A stretch of 64,000 nt of DNA, taken from the NCBI GenBank assembly GCA_010015585.1, contig ML975154.1. One strand, written 5' to 3'. The notes under the pieces were generated by a model that did not search any database, had not been told where the DNA came from, and was given only the letters and a program-made list of their open reading frames with translations. Every line of letters begins with the position of its first letter. Position 1 is the stretch's first letter. This document shows positions 51,172 to 63,523 of this stretch, one piece after another. The translations under genes and the position numbers were made by a program. The DNA comes from Eremomyces bilateralis CBS 781.70 (Eukaryota).

Positions 51172-52610
51172 ATGGTAGTTTCTACTCGTAATCATACTCA
51201 GTAGTATGATGCAAATCGAGATAATGTTCAAAAAGCCCGGGTCCGGGGCGCTGTAGAGTTCAATCAGGCCCTCAGAAAGCAGTATGGATTTGATCCATCA
51301 AGGTCTAAGAGCAAGGTTTACCAACACTTTGGCGTTCTATACCGGTCTGGAACACGCCTGGCAAGTGAAGATAACTGCGATGAACGTCGTTTTGAGCCCG
51401 GCGAGGACCCAAGGGGCCGCCCCCCGCTCGTCAAAACCAAGGATGTCAACGAGATGGAGAGGATCCTTGAAGAACAAGATGTCTACGGAAGGACTATGTC
51501 TTGGGAGGCCTTAGGGTATGAGGCTGGTCTAGACGTATCCGGGCGTACGATTGAACGGGCTATGGGCACGAAAGATTACCATAGATGCGTCGCATGTAAC
51601 AAGACGTGGATCTCTCAAAATCTGGCGAAAAAACGAGTCGATTGGGCTACTTTGATGAAGGCCCGGTATCCTACCAAGTATACCTGGCGGAAGGTCCGTT
51701 TTAGCGACGAGTCCCACGCTGGGCATGGTCCGCAGGGAAAGTTGATAATCATTCGACGAAAGGGCGAACGGTATTGCCCCAAATGTGTACAACGCGAAAG
51801 AGACGTTAAAGAAGACGCCAAAAAGAAGGTACATGTATGGGGGGCTGCAGGGTACGACTTCAAATCAGACCTTACAACGTACGATGTACCGAGCAATACC
51901 ACAGGCAAGATGAGCCAAAGCGTATATATCGATTCTATTCTGGATCCTATTATCAAACCTTGGATCCAGAACGGTCACGATTTCATAATAGAAGAGGACC
52001 AAGTCTCCGGCCATGGGCCCACACGGAGTAAGGGAAATATCGTGAAGGAATAGAAGGCCCAAAACGATCTGAAACACTACTTTAATTGCGCCTCATCTCC
52101 GGATGTCACAGCACGCACGTAGTGAGCTAGCGTGATACAAATGGTGGGCCACTCGCGACTCGCATACGACTCGCAAGGGAATAATAAATTCTGTATTGTT
52201 GCGCACTACGGTAATAACGAGACTGATCCTTCAGGAATCAGCAGGAACTGTAACTCGAACAACGGATGAGGGATATATAAGTAGCTGAGGTCCTGCGACA
52301 ATAGCTGAGATCAGCTCTGTAGGCATCGCGTGATCTAGTCATATGATCTGCCTCGCAGATATCATGTATATGCCTCTGTGGTCTCACACTGGATCTCGCG
52401 ATCATCGAGAACTGTTTCCAACCGATGAAGCAACACGTACGTAAATATACCCATTGGGAGCCCGACGAGACGCTACAACTTCTAAAAGCGGGATGGGACG
52501 GTATTAAGCAGGAATGTATCAATTCCCGCGTTGATTCTATGCCCGAAAGGCTTCAGGACGTGATAGACGTCGAGGGACAGCTGATTGGAGATTTTAGGGC
52601 GAAAACCTAG
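51172..52610 (+). mobile_element. Tc1/mariner transposase pseudogene (termini not located)
   Basis: RGRPPL, SGRTIERAM, WRKVRFSDES, HVWGAAGY, EED..SGH, SSPD|LAIIENC, VDSMPERLQDVI. In-frame TAG at about 51202 and at 52051; split by a solo LTR. Confidence 0.9.
52104..52388. mobile_element. Solo LTR (285 bp) nested in the Tc1 transposase, TSD CCGGA/CTGGA
   Basis: TGTCACAG...CTCACA flanked by CCGGA (52099-52103) and CTGGA (52389-52393). Removal restores SSPDLAIIEN. Confidence 0.88.
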
Positions 52611-52747
52611 AATCTGTTAGATATAGAGAATTAGAGATTTTAAGCGTTCTAGATAGCATCATTTATATTTAACAGTGTTTGAACTTATGTTGGTTGAGAT
52701 ATTTGGGTTGAAACCATCAATATATGCGGTTTGGTATGGTGATGCCG

Positions 52748-53149
52748 CACATCACTATCCAGAAAGTCATCTCGATCGTTGGATTGGCCATCAGTGTCGC
52801 GACAACAAACGTCGACGCGCACTATTTTGCTTTCATCTTATTTGTCGGATCTACCTATGGTGTTAGCAATATCAGCCTTGCCTGGACGGCCTCTGTAATT
52901 GGACACACGGATGAGAAGAGATCTGTTGGACTGGCTCTCGTCAACAGTATCGGGAATATTGCGTTTGTTTATACGCCGTACTTGTGGCCAGAGTCCGACA
53001 AACCGCAGTTTGTGATGGCTATGTCATCTAGTCTTGCGTTTTCCGCTGCCGTTATCGTTGTTGTCTGGATCGTGAGGTGGAATCTGCAGCGGGAGAATAA
53101 AAGGATTAAGGCATCAGAGACTGAGGCAGTGAACCTCTCCATCTATTAG
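52748..53149 (+). pseudogene. C-terminal fragment of an MFS transporter (Dal5/Tna1-like anion:cation symporter family)
   Basis: HITIQKVISIVGL..LAWTASVIGHTDEKRSVGLALVNSIGN..YTPYLWP..LQRENKRI. The upstream part of the gene is missing and the Tc1 relic lies directly upstream. Confidence 0.8.
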
Positions 53150-53629
53150 TTAGGCGATATAGAGTAATTGGCAGGGCAAACCCCTAGTTGAATTGACATG
53201 GGCTCTATATGTTAGCCGCTGTTGACTTTCATGATAATGACTGGATATTTCAAGCGTATTTCGGACTGGAGGGAGTGGTTCAGAACTAGAAGGGTGAGGG
53301 ATAAGATCGGCACAGTATCAGTATGTTATTTTAAGCTTATTGAACAATTGCCGAACCTGGCACGTTTTATGGGGACTACCAATACCGTGGGTGCATTCAA
53401 TCCAGCTAGGGTTAACCTGCAGGGAAACTACAGGGGGAAATTATGGAAGGACCGGCTAAATCCGCGCTCGCTTACCGCACCTGCGGAGTACAAACTTGGC
53501 ACCCCTAACACCGGATTGATTGGCCGACTGTTGATACATGAAGGGCTCCTGAGCCAGGGGTGATGTTGGCACCAAAGCGAAGAGGAAACGCGCAACGCGT
53601 ACTCGACTTCACGTAATAACTCGGACCCA

Positions 53630-55243
53630 ATGTCGGCAGCATCCCTTTCGCTCCAAGAGCGACTTGCACGGGAATTACCAGGCGGGCATCGATTCGGGCT
53701 ATATCACATTTCCACGCCTCCAACGAAATGTGCACCGATCTTCAATCCCGGCCCTGGCACGCTGCCGCAGCGGACATACCAAGAATCCCACTTCCTCTCC
53801 GTAACGATCCCTACGAACTCGTCAGACGATGGCACTGAGCTATGCATATTTGCATTGGAAGTCATAGTCTATACGACGAAACAGCTCACTACCGTATTCG
53901 TGTCGAAGGCCGATTCTACCGGCTATGTTGCGGACCTGAAGCTCGCTCGAAACCACCCTTCCGTTCTACGAACAATTGCGACGACATTCGTGTCATATAT
54001 CATAGAACGTCGACAAAGGAAAGACAAGAAGCTAGTACTGTCTCTGTTCGCTCGAGCCCAGTCACAATATCTCTTTCCGGGCAGCGTCGAAAACCCAGGG
54101 AAGCACGTCGCAGACGACCGACAGCTCATCAAGTGGTGGTGCCGGGTTTTGGATCCGATTCTAGGGAAATATTCGAGAGAAGGGGTTGATGTGAATGGTA
54201 CAAATGGTGATGGACAAGAGAGCGAACATACAACGGCTCAAGCGTACTTGATCGTGCCTGGTGAGGATGGAATCGCCCAATTCTTACCCCCGGATGTTCG
54301 CCTCGATCCCGAGTTGAGAAAGCGATGGACTGCCGGTCATCCCCTAAGGGATATTGCGCCTTCTCCTACTGTTCCCCCTCGATGCATGATCCCTTCATTC
54401 CCCGACGACCCCAAGTCCCGTTTCGTCGACGAGCTAGATGACGAACTGCGGGATACTCCAGGCATGCAACCCGGACAGAGCCCAACCAAGCGCGGATCGG
54501 GTATGTGGAGGAGCATCAAGTCCCTCGAACAATTCTGGGAAACGATGGCGTTCCGGCAAGAATGCTCCTCGGGACGAATGGTCGGATTCCTCTGGATGGT
54601 ATTCACCCCAGGCGACTTGAACGACGATCACGAGCTCCTCGATAGCCAGGAGGCTGGTGGACGGGCTTTATCGCCGACGCCCATTGGTAGTCGCACCATA
54701 ATGCAGGCATCCGCGTCCATGTTAGCGCGTGAGGGCCAGGATCTGGTGCAAAGGAGGAGTAAGGAGAGTAGACGCGGAAAGAAACTCACCGGACCAATCA
54801 TCCCCCGCGTTCCACGGATCAAATCCAATTCATTGAGTCTTTCAAACATGTCTCAACCGGAGGAGTCGCCATACTACTACTGGCCCAGTGACAGCCGCGG
54901 TCAGATTGTCCTGGACGACAAAGATTACAAGAGGGCGGTGGAAATTCTCCTTCGTCTTGACTTTGCGAACCATTCCCTCGCAGTCTCAAGTACATGCCGC
55001 TGGCTCGAAGAGGTTGCCGTACTCGGCGGAATGACTTCGTGGGGCCAAAAGTTGACGGGACAGAGGAAGGCACCAGAGGTTGCTCCAGCGGGAAAGTCAG
55101 GAGAAAATGGCGGAAATGTCATTAACAACCTCGTACCAGTGAAGCGATCCGCGAAGAGGGAAGCAAACGAACCTCCGAGTTCATCGGGAACCACTAATCT
55201 CCTATCGGCCGGCCTGGTGCGCAAAAAGCCGAAAGTACGATGA
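53630..55243 (+). CDS. RTT109: Histone H3K56 acetyltransferase
   Basis: VFVSKADSTG, SLFARAQSQYLFPGS, LIKWW, FPDDPKSRF, FWETMAFRQECSSGRMVGF, VRKKPK. Confidence 0.95.
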   Translation: MSAASLSLQERLARELPGGHRFGLYHISTPPTKCAPIFNPGPGTLPQRTYQESHFLSVTIPTNSSDDGTELCIFALEVIVYTTKQLTTVFVSKADSTGYVADLKLARNHPSVLRTIATTFVSYIIERRQRKDKKLVLSLFARAQSQYLFPGSVENPGKHVADDRQLIKWWCRVLDPILGKYSREGVDVNGTNGDGQESEHTTAQAYLIVPGEDGIAQFLPPDVRLDPELRKRWTAGHPLRDIAPSPTVPPRCMIPSFPDDPKSRFVDELDDELRDTPGMQPGQSPTKRGSGMWRSIKSLEQFWETMAFRQECSSGRMVGFLWMVFTPGDLNDDHELLDSQEAGGRALSPTPIGSRTIMQASASMLAREGQDLVQRRSKESRRGKKLTGPIIPRVPRIKSNSLSLSNMSQPEESPYYYWPSDSRGQIVLDDKDYKRAVEILLRLDFANHSLAVSSTCRWLEEVAVLGGMTSWGQKLTGQRKAPEVAPAGKSGENGGNVINNLVPVKRSAKREANEPPSSSGTTNLLSAGLVRKKPKVR

Positions 55244-56240
55244 AGAATTGACCGTTTCGAGTCGTTGTCCGCGCCGCTGGCAGCCGGATTTCGCCCATGA
55301 CTAACGAGGCTACAAGTCTTCAAGACTGCACAAGTCCCCCGATATTCAGTTCATGGCATCCATTCCCCTGGCTTATCACCATTGTGCCATCCGACATCAT
55401 TAATGGCCTGGCACATCATTCCATCCCTTCACGCCAGCCGTCCCCCTAAAGCTCCATGCGGTTACATGCTGACCACCAAGATTTCCTTCTCTCAAACCTT
55501 CTGATTTCTGGCGGAGGGAGTGAAGTCGGCTAGGCTGAAGGGAGTGCGGAGGAAATAGGGTAGCTCGATCTGGCCGTGGCTGGATCTGTGTCGTTGAACC
55601 AGATTCTCTATCTTTCTCAGGTTCTAGCTTAGAGAAGAAGCACAGTAGGACCGGGCATACTGGCCTCCTCGCTCTTGGAAGGACATCGGGGTTTGGCTTT
55701 GACATCTACCACGGGGTTATGTTTAGCATCCTCGTCGATGCCTTCCTTCATTCCGATCCGATAGGAGTCGGACGCTAAATTTGATCGCGGCATGGGAGGG
55801 CAAATATCAGAGTAGAGGCACTAGAACGATGGTTCGGGGTATGAACATTCTTCAAGGTTCATGGTATTCAATAGGAGAAAGTTAACGAGATTGTTCTGGT
55901 TGATATTGTGCCTTCAAATGTGATCGTGAATATGGCGCGACCTGACTCAGTATAGGACATACGTCTCTGGTATTATGGAATACCGTAACTATAATTACAT
56001 TTGATTATATTGGAGGCTCTTTCAGTTGTCTCTTGATTCTACCGTTATATCATTGAAATTGACCTAATCCGTTGTAATATTCAGGCCAGATGAGACCCAT
56101 ATTCCTTGTTGATTTGACGACCTCTCTTCCCTCTTGAAAGTCAGCATCAGACATCCGGTCCAGGCTGTAGAGCTAAATGCCATCCAACTTTTGTAATCAT
56201 GGTGAAATTGAATATATATTCCTAACAATAAGCTACCGCT

Positions 56241-56912
56241 ATGAAGCCCAAACCATGGCTGAATGGCAACGTTTGGGCTCGGAATAATCCGTTCAAACAT
56301 CGCCTTCTATCAACGTCGCGCGTCCGCTTTCAACCCGAACCATCGAGAGCTCCAAATACCCGAATTGCTAGAATTGCGGATCGCCGTAAGTTAGGATTGT
56401 CCAGCTTTCCATTCATCCTATTGCTCGGTTTCATGAATCTCCTGAATCTAACCTTTGTCGCAGTACCACCGCGACTCCGACGATACGTCTCCCCGCTGCT
56501 CAACGCCCCCGTATCGCACGTCACGTCGTTCCTCATCCTGCACGAGCTGACCGCCATTCTTCCACTCATTGGACTTACTTCTGCGTTCCATTACCTAGGA
56601 TGGATACCGGAAGTGTCGGGGCCGATGGCCGAGTGGGTTAATCAAGGCACGGAGCGGTTTCGGAAGTATTTTGCGAGGAAGGGGTGGTTTGGATTGGGTG
56701 GGGAGGGCTATTCGGAGGTGGATTTGTCTAATGGGACTACGGACGAGGCGGAGTTGTCGAAGGGGTATGGAGGGAAGGTTGTCCTAGAGGTGGCTACGGC
56801 GTATGCGATTACGAAAGTCCTGTTACCAGCGCGGTTGGCTCTGAGCGTATCGGCAACACCATGGTTTGCACGTCTGTTTGTGCTGCCTATAATTCAAATC
56901 TTCAAGCGGTAA
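56241..56912 (+). CDS. MRX11: Mitochondrial MIOREX component 11-like protein (intron 56386-56463)
   Basis: Presequence-like N-terminus; APVSHVTSFLILHELTAILPL; EVATAYAITKVLLPARLALSVSATPWFAR. Confidence 0.7.
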   Translation: MKPKPWLNGNVWARNNPFKHRLLSTSRVRFQPEPSRAPNTRIARIADRRKLGLSSFPFILLLGFMNLLNLTFVAVPPRLRRYVSPLLNAPVSHVTSFLILHELTAILPLIGLTSAFHYLGWIPEVSGPMAEWVNQGTERFRKYFARKGWFGLGGEGYSEVDLSNGTTDEAELSKGYGGKVVLEVATAYAITKVLLPARLALSVSATPWFARLFVLPIIQIFKR

Positions 56913-56971
56913 CAGAAAATGTGGAACAGTCGTCACTTCAAAGAGATGGCCAATTTATACACATACTTAAC

Positions 56972-58324
56972 CTATAACATAGATAGCCCACCGCTAATCT
57001 TGGCCAGTCCGCCGTTCTCGACCTCATACTGCTTGCCCTTCTTCCACCCAACCCATTCCTCCAAAACCTTCTCACCACCAACCGACGGTCCCAGTCCCTC
57101 CGCGCTCCATCCCTCGCCCTCAACACCCGCACCCTGTCCCTTCGCAGCGCGAATCGCCGGTTCCGGCTCGCTCGAGGCGTTCTGAACCTGAGCGTAGCCT
57201 GGCGTTCGGCGGAGCGTGACCGGTGGTCGTTGGTCGAAAGACTTCTCCTCTAGCTCCTGCTGGGTAAGGACGGGAGTACAGCACGCGTCGGTGCCGTCGA
57301 AGATCACCTCCCATTCCGCTCGGGTCTTCGATTTGAAGGTCTTGGTGAACAGGTCAACTAGATATGGCCATGTCTTTCGGTCGTCTCGTGAGCCGGGGAA
57401 CGTTTTCGGGTCGATGTTGAGACCTTTCATGAGTTCGGCGAAGAACTGCGGCTCCAAAGCACCCCTACATCCGTTCAGATTAGCACTTTTAATTGGGATA
57501 TGGCTGTGGGAGTACTCACACTGCCATGTACTTGCCATCCTTGGTCTCATACGTGTCATAGAACGGGCTTCCTCCATCCAACATGTTCGTCCCCCGCTCC
57601 CGACCCCACGTCGGCGTCTTCGTAGAAAGTCTCGGCATGGTGGCCAAATACGCGGCGCCATCTACCATGTTCGCTTCAACGACCTGCCCCTTTCCGTCCT
57701 TCTCCCTAGCGATCAGTGCGAGCAGCACTGCCAGGAAGCACATCGCGCCACCACCCGCGAAGTCTCCCAAAATGTTCCCGGGCGCGAGGGGCTTCTCCCC
57801 TTTGCGTCCCAACATCGACAATACACCGGACACGGCGATATAGTTGATATCATGGCCCGCCATGTCCTTGTACTTCCCATCTCTGCGAAACCCCGTCATC
57901 CGCGCGACGATCAGCCGTGGGTTGATCGACAGCATGACTTCTGTGGGACATAGTCCCGCCTTCTCGAGCACACCGGGGCGGAAGGGGTCGATGATCACAT
58001 CGACGTGCGGGAGAAGCGCTTTGACGAAGGAGACGCCGCGCGGGGTCTTGATGTTCACGGCGATGGAGGACTTGTGTCGGGTGAGCCAGTCGCCGGTCGG
58101 TGGGGGCTCGATGTCGGTGTGGGTTTGGGACGTGGCGCGGTCAAGACGGAGGACATCGGCGCCAAAGTCGGCGAGAAGGAGACCGCAGAAGGGACCTGGC
58201 AGCACGCGGAATTAGCAGACGGCTGTGAGAATGTACGGAATGACCTGAGATCCATACCGGGAGCCAATCCCCCGAACTCGAGGACGCGGACGCCTTTGAG
58301 AGGTGGAGCACTGGCGGAAGACAT
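56972..58324 (-). CDS. CaiB/BaiF CoA-transferase family III / alpha-methylacyl-CoA racemase (3 exons)
   Basis: [61 protein letters not shown]. Confidence 0.93.
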
Positions 58325-58696
58325 GATTACAATGTTGTTGATTGATTACAGCTTGTGCAGAAATCAGACCAACAATATGATTAAGATATTCCAGGAGGAT
58401 ATATAATTGAATTGACAACCATCTTGCACGAAGGCATGGCTGCAGACGGCGCGAAGCTCCAACGAGAGTAAGTTGATCCGAATGAGGACCTCGGGCATCG
58501 CAACTCCAGTCCGGGGAACCTCGAGTCAAGCACGTGGCGGGGCGGCTCCGGGTCCCGCCATAACCGAACAGAACAGGAGTCAGGAGACATCAATCATTCT
58601 CACGATCTAACTGAATGTTTCCAGATGAATAATAATACAATTGTGAAACTATAGTTGGCTTATTGTTGTGCTTGCTACCTATTGTGCTAGTGCTGG

Positions 58697-60405
58697 CTAT
58701 TGTGCTAGAATGCTATTCATCAACTGTCCCAGATTATTCAACTCGCCCACGCCTTCGCCAGTGAAAATCCTCTTGGGTATCTCATACTCGACTACCGGGA
58801 CATTCTTCATCTCTTTGGATAGTTCGCTTTCAATAATCTAGAATTTCCATTAGTCTGTGAAACGGAAGTTGTCCATTGGGGTCTTACCGATGCATATGAA
58901 TAGTCCAAGAAGTCCTCAAGGCTATACGCTTCCTTGCGGAACTCTTGGGCGATGATTTTGGCGACCGTTGCTACGTTTGGGTGATAATGCGTCGTCAGGG
59001 CGTCCAGCTCCCAGAGACAGCTGTCTATGGCACGTGTATCTAATGGGTCTGTCTCCGCATCGTCGAACGGATCATCCATCCCTTCGTTTTCGATCTCTTC
59101 TCGTGCTTCCGGATCCCTGGTCTCTCGATGGATCATGAAGGTAGTCGACGGATTCTTTCTCAGCAAGTTATACACCAGCGGGATCACGATCACGACACCT
59201 CCGGGGGGGCCATGGAGAGCCAACCGCGACAGTTTCTTCATAAAGCTGGCAAGGAGAGCGGACGGTAAGTGAGTGGATGACAGAAATGTCTCGAGAAGGC
59301 GGAAGAACCTGGATCGATGTTTCGAGTGGAGAAGGTCATCGTCGAGGAGACTGTAGAGTTTCTGGAAGAAGGAAGGGTACTCGAGGTTTCGCTCTTGGAT
59401 TAGGTAGTAGACCCCCGACAGAGCAAGAAGGGATACCGAGCCTCCAGTATTGTAGGAATCAGTAAGGAAGTCGAGAAGGAGTTCTGGCTTCGAGAAACAT
59501 GGCGCCACGAGTTCTGCTGTTTTTGAGAGCACCAGTTTCTGCTGAGGCTTCGATAGTCCCGTCTTGAACAAATCGAGCCACAGCTCTTGACCCTCCCGTT
59601 TCAGCTCCTGCTCAGAACCGGCCAAACGCGCTCGCTTTCCGTCCTGCGCAAATAGGAAGTTCTCCGATTCCAAAATTTGCGGAACAGGCTCGGTATCGAT
59701 CAGGGTATGGAGCAGATTGGATCGTAGAAGATCTGCTTCGGTATCCCCGCGTCGCTGCTTTAACAGCTTTCTACATATTGTTAGCCGTGACCTCGGAAAT
59801 GCATTATTTCAGCCGTACCTTGCCACTTTGAAGAGATGGAATGGGCTGTCCCGGTAGCCTTTGATGTAGTCTCCGACAAACACGGTCCGAGCATTCGCAA
59901 AATCCTCTCCCGATAATGACAACTTTCGTACTGTTCGAGCGAAAATTCCATCCTGCCATAATGCCTCTGGCGAAGCGTGCTGCGTCTCGACACGAGCCAG
60001 GCCAATAAGGACAGGAAGATAAGAGTTTTCATTGCCAGGCAACTGCTGGAGAAGGGCCTCCGTGAACTCTACAAGTCTCTCTCGGAGCCATTCCACAATA
60101 ACAACCTCCTTCTGTGGCGTTCCTTTGCTCTTTTTGAAGTTTCCTGACTCGATCAGATGCGAGAAGACTCCGAATAGACTTGCGACTGCATGACGTTGAA
60201 GGCCTCCTTTGCCTTGTTCGCTTCGTTCAGCCGCTGCTAACAGTTCAATGAGATCATTATAGTTTTCTCGAGACTCAATAATCCCTTGGGCTAATTGATC
60301 GATGCGGTCTTGCTCCTGGAGTCGTTTGGCGGCCTTGGAATCGGATGACCCATCCCGGGTGTTGGGATCTGTTTCTCTTTTTCGTTTCATCGTTGACTTC
60401 GCCAT
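58697..60405 (-). CDS. NOC4: CBF/Mak21-domain ribosome biogenesis protein Noc4 (3 exons)
   Basis: PELLLDFLTDSY, NLEYPSFFQKLYSLLD, FLSSTHLPSALLASFMKKLSRLAL, SCLWEL, HYHPNVAT, LEDFLDYSY. Confidence 0.93.
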
Positions 60406-60646
60406 ATGGTTTTAGTAACCAGAAGAATTATCAAAGCGCACTGAAACGGGCAAAGGTTCTTTCGCAAGGCACATTCCGAAAATCTCCATGGTCGAGGAAA
60501 TTTCATCTCCGGTCACGTGCACGCCAAGATCCACGTCCAAATCCTCAAGCTTCAACATCCGCAGGGCAACATCCTTCAAGCTCTCCACCGCATCGAATTC
60601 CATCGCAACCGCTGATTGAGCCTCAATTAGCTTCGTCGGTGCATCA

Positions 60647-61534
60647 ATGGCTTCAAAACTCGCACGGAGCGCCGTTGGTACGATACCCCAATGGCCATTG
60701 CCTATCCAGAACATCCGAGACTCATTGTGAACAGGCGCCGCACGGTTGAGACCGACGATTCCGCTCCGCAGCATTCCCGCCGTCACCACCCCTCTGACTT
60801 CATCTCGATCCAACTCGAATGTGCCGGCGGAGGACCCCAAGAACAAGGCTCAATCGATCCTGAACTCGCTGCCCGGACAGAGCGTCCCAGCCAAGCTCGC
60901 GTTCCTCTCAGGCGGAACCGGTCTCTCGGTTGCCGCGATCAGCAACGAGCTCTACGTGTTCAACGAAGAAACCATCGTTGCCTTCAGCTTGCTCACGATC
61001 TTTTATGCCGTTGGAAAATATGTCGCCCCGATGGCGGGTACCTATGCCAAGGAGCAGACGAAGAAGCTAAGCGATATCCTGAACTCGGCACGCCATAATC
61101 ATACCGCTGCCGTCCAGGCGCGTATTGCGAATGTCAAGGAATTGGAAGGCGTCGTTGACATTACGAAGACACTCTTCGAGGTCTCAAAGGTACAGTCCTA
61201 ATGGTTTGTATATCTCAGAACGGCACTAACGGCCATAGGAAACCGCCAAACTTGAGGCTCAGGCCTACGAGCTCGAGCAGAAGACCGCCATCGCTTCCGA
61301 AGCCAAGGCCGTCCTTGACTCTTGGGTTCGATATGAGGGACAAATCAAGCAGAAGCAGCAGCGTGAGCTCGCCGAGTCGGTCATCGCCAAGGTGGAGAAG
61401 GATCTGGAGAACCCGAAAGTCTTGAAGCAGATCTTGGACCAGAGCGTTGCCGACGTGGAGCGTAAGTTGAGCCCTCGATATCTTTCGCAATCCGAACCTA
61501 ACGTCCTGTAGGCATTCTCGCTGTCAAGTCATAA
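60647..61534 (+). CDS. ATP4: Mitochondrial ATP synthase subunit 4 (b), 4 exons
   Basis: MASKLARSA, KAQSILNSLPG, ISNELYVFNEET, TKTLFEVSK|ETAKLEAQAYELEQ, LDSWVRYEG. Confidence 0.96.
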
Positions 61535-62296
61535 TTGCCCGTCTGTATGATACCTCAAAAGCCATGTTGGGTGGTAGACAGAAGATAGATGTCGAATTGT
61601 TCATAGCTCCTTAAATGTACTCTATGGTCGTTTCGTATATATGACTGAAAACTCTCGATCTTTTGGTGACATTCGCCTCGCCGTTGTATACTGATCGTGT
61701 TTCGGCCTTCGTGAGGAGCCGTTGAACGTGCCAACATATGTCCAGGCCGGACACCACCTTTACAGAAATTGCAAACCAAAAACTCACACTTGACTATCCT
61801 CGAAGTCACTTGAAAAGAACTCTATTACAAGTGCTTATCGTACTACACGCAAGGCCTGCGAATCTTGTTCCATGTTTCTGAGTAGGTATTGTTCAGCGAG
61901 ACCAAAGTCCTCCCCCGCCCACACTATGCAAATCATCAACAGAAAACTCGGATTAAATGTTTTGAACGTGCCAACATTACTCCAGACAAGAGCATCACAA
62001 GGAATCAGCAAGACATCTCAGTCGTGGCTAGGATCTCAAGGATCTCAAGGATCTCAATTCACTATTAACCGGCCAAGTTTCGTCCCTCGGCAGTCTCCGA
62101 ATCTACCCGCGTACGATATCGGTCCGGTACGCCATTGTGGCGTCAAACAGCTGGAACCAGATTGCCGACATCGATTCCATCCAGATCAAATAAATTATCC
62201 GAGCTGAGATACGAACGGAATTCCAAGTCATGCACCGATGAGAAAAGTTGGATTTACAAATTTAAAAGAGCAAGGGAGCGTCGGACTCAGCCGAAG

Positions 62297-63523
62297 ATGG
62301 CGGACGGCCAGCCACACCCCAAACCGGACAAGGGGAAAAGCAGAGAGGCAGTCAGTGATGGGAGCAATTCAGGGCCGAGTGAGAGTATGGCTTCGAAGGT
62401 GGTGAATTCGGCAGCGGTTTTGGCGAGGGATCTCGTTTTCTCCAACGCCGATTCGGGGTCAACGCTGCAGCAAGCAACATCGGCTGGGAAGACGTCAACA
62501 TCGGGGACGAGAGGGACGACATCGACTCACGCATCAGGGCAGACAAATGGACCTTCAACGGAGTATTCAACACAGGCGGGGCCAGCGCAAGCGGCCGAGA
62601 GTTTTCGAACACCAATAGCCCAACCCGTGTTACAGAACGAGGAATTCGATCAATTCGCGTCGCTACGAGGAACCAGTCTGCTCCAGGAAACCCGCAGCTC
62701 TTCCAGATCCTCATGGTCTCAGGAGTTTCGACAGAGCCGTGCTGTCCTCCCCACCGATTTCCGCGCCGCCCACCAACTCCCCGACGACGGCGCCGAAGTG
62801 GCGCTGCTCCTCTCCGATCCCACGTTCCACGCCTACGAAGTGGACGAGGGGTTCTCGCAGCCGGAGGACCCCTCAGAAGCGACGATGAACGACCTGTTCG
62901 GCACGGCTTTCAACACCGAGCAGCAGCAGGCCGCGGCCTCGATGCGTGCGCAGCTGCCTCCTGCGCCCGTGCATGGAGTCGTGTTGCCGCACAATCCATT
63001 AAACCTCGTCCCACAGTTCGATAACCTCAATCTGGGAACTTCCTTCGACCCAGATATGCAGCTGTTCGGTCCCCAGCAAAGCAGCATGACCCAAGCCGAA
63101 CCTGCCACTGACGGAGACGAGACAGCCCCCTCGGAACGGCAGCGATTCCTCACCGACTGGAGCGACGTGTTGAACGCTTACACCGACGAAGTTTGGGGCG
63201 ACCTGCTCCCCGTCATCCGCGCCGCCCGCGAGCAACTCGAGGAGTTGACGGGCACGGAATCGACGGACTTCGAGAAGAAAGTGGTACCGCGGTTACGGAT
63301 GATCCTCGGGCATCTGAACCAGACGGAGTTCCTCGACAAGGAGTTTCGATCGCTGGGGCAGGGACAGGAGCGCGAGGGCGCTCAGACGGGCGCGAGTGAA
63401 CAGGTTCGCGGTTCACCGGTGTATAAATCTAGGGAGGTTGTGAAGCAGGAAGATGGGGAGATGGTGGTCGGGAAGGAGGAGGGTCATGGGCAAGACAGGT
63501 ACAATTGGTGGCCCGGAAAATAA
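62297..63523 (+). CDS. Fungal hypothetical protein
   Basis: Long open frame (about 408 aa from ATG 62297) with motif-like blocks DDGAEVALLLSDP, WSDVLNAYTDEVWGDLLPVI, RLRMILGHL. Confidence 0.75.
   Translation: MADGQPHPKPDKGKSREAVSDGSNSGPSESMASKVVNSAAVLARDLVFSNADSGSTLQQATSAGKTSTSGTRGTTSTHASGQTNGPSTEYSTQAGPAQAAESFRTPIAQPVLQNEEFDQFASLRGTSLLQETRSSSRSSWSQEFRQSRAVLPTDFRAAHQLPDDGAEVALLLSDPTFHAYEVDEGFSQPEDPSEATMNDLFGTAFNTEQQQAAASMRAQLPPAPVHGVVLPHNPLNLVPQFDNLNLGTSFDPDMQLFGPQQSSMTQAEPATDGDETAPSERQRFLTDWSDVLNAYTDEVWGDLLPVIRAAREQLEELTGTESTDFEKKVVPRLRMILGHLNQTEFLDKEFRSLGQGQEREGAQTGASEQVRGSPVYKSREVVKQEDGEMVVGKEEGHGQDRYNWWPGK

Noticed and set aside
31172..55243. Genome-maintenance gene cluster (MSH1, MPH1, RTT109)
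   Set aside because: The genes are interspersed with unrelated genes over 24 kb, which is consistent with chance.
62031..62057. (GGATCTCAA)3 repeat as part of an extended N-terminus of the 62.3-kb gene
   Set aside because: Short intergenic microrepeat; the upstream ORF start is a non-ATG codon.
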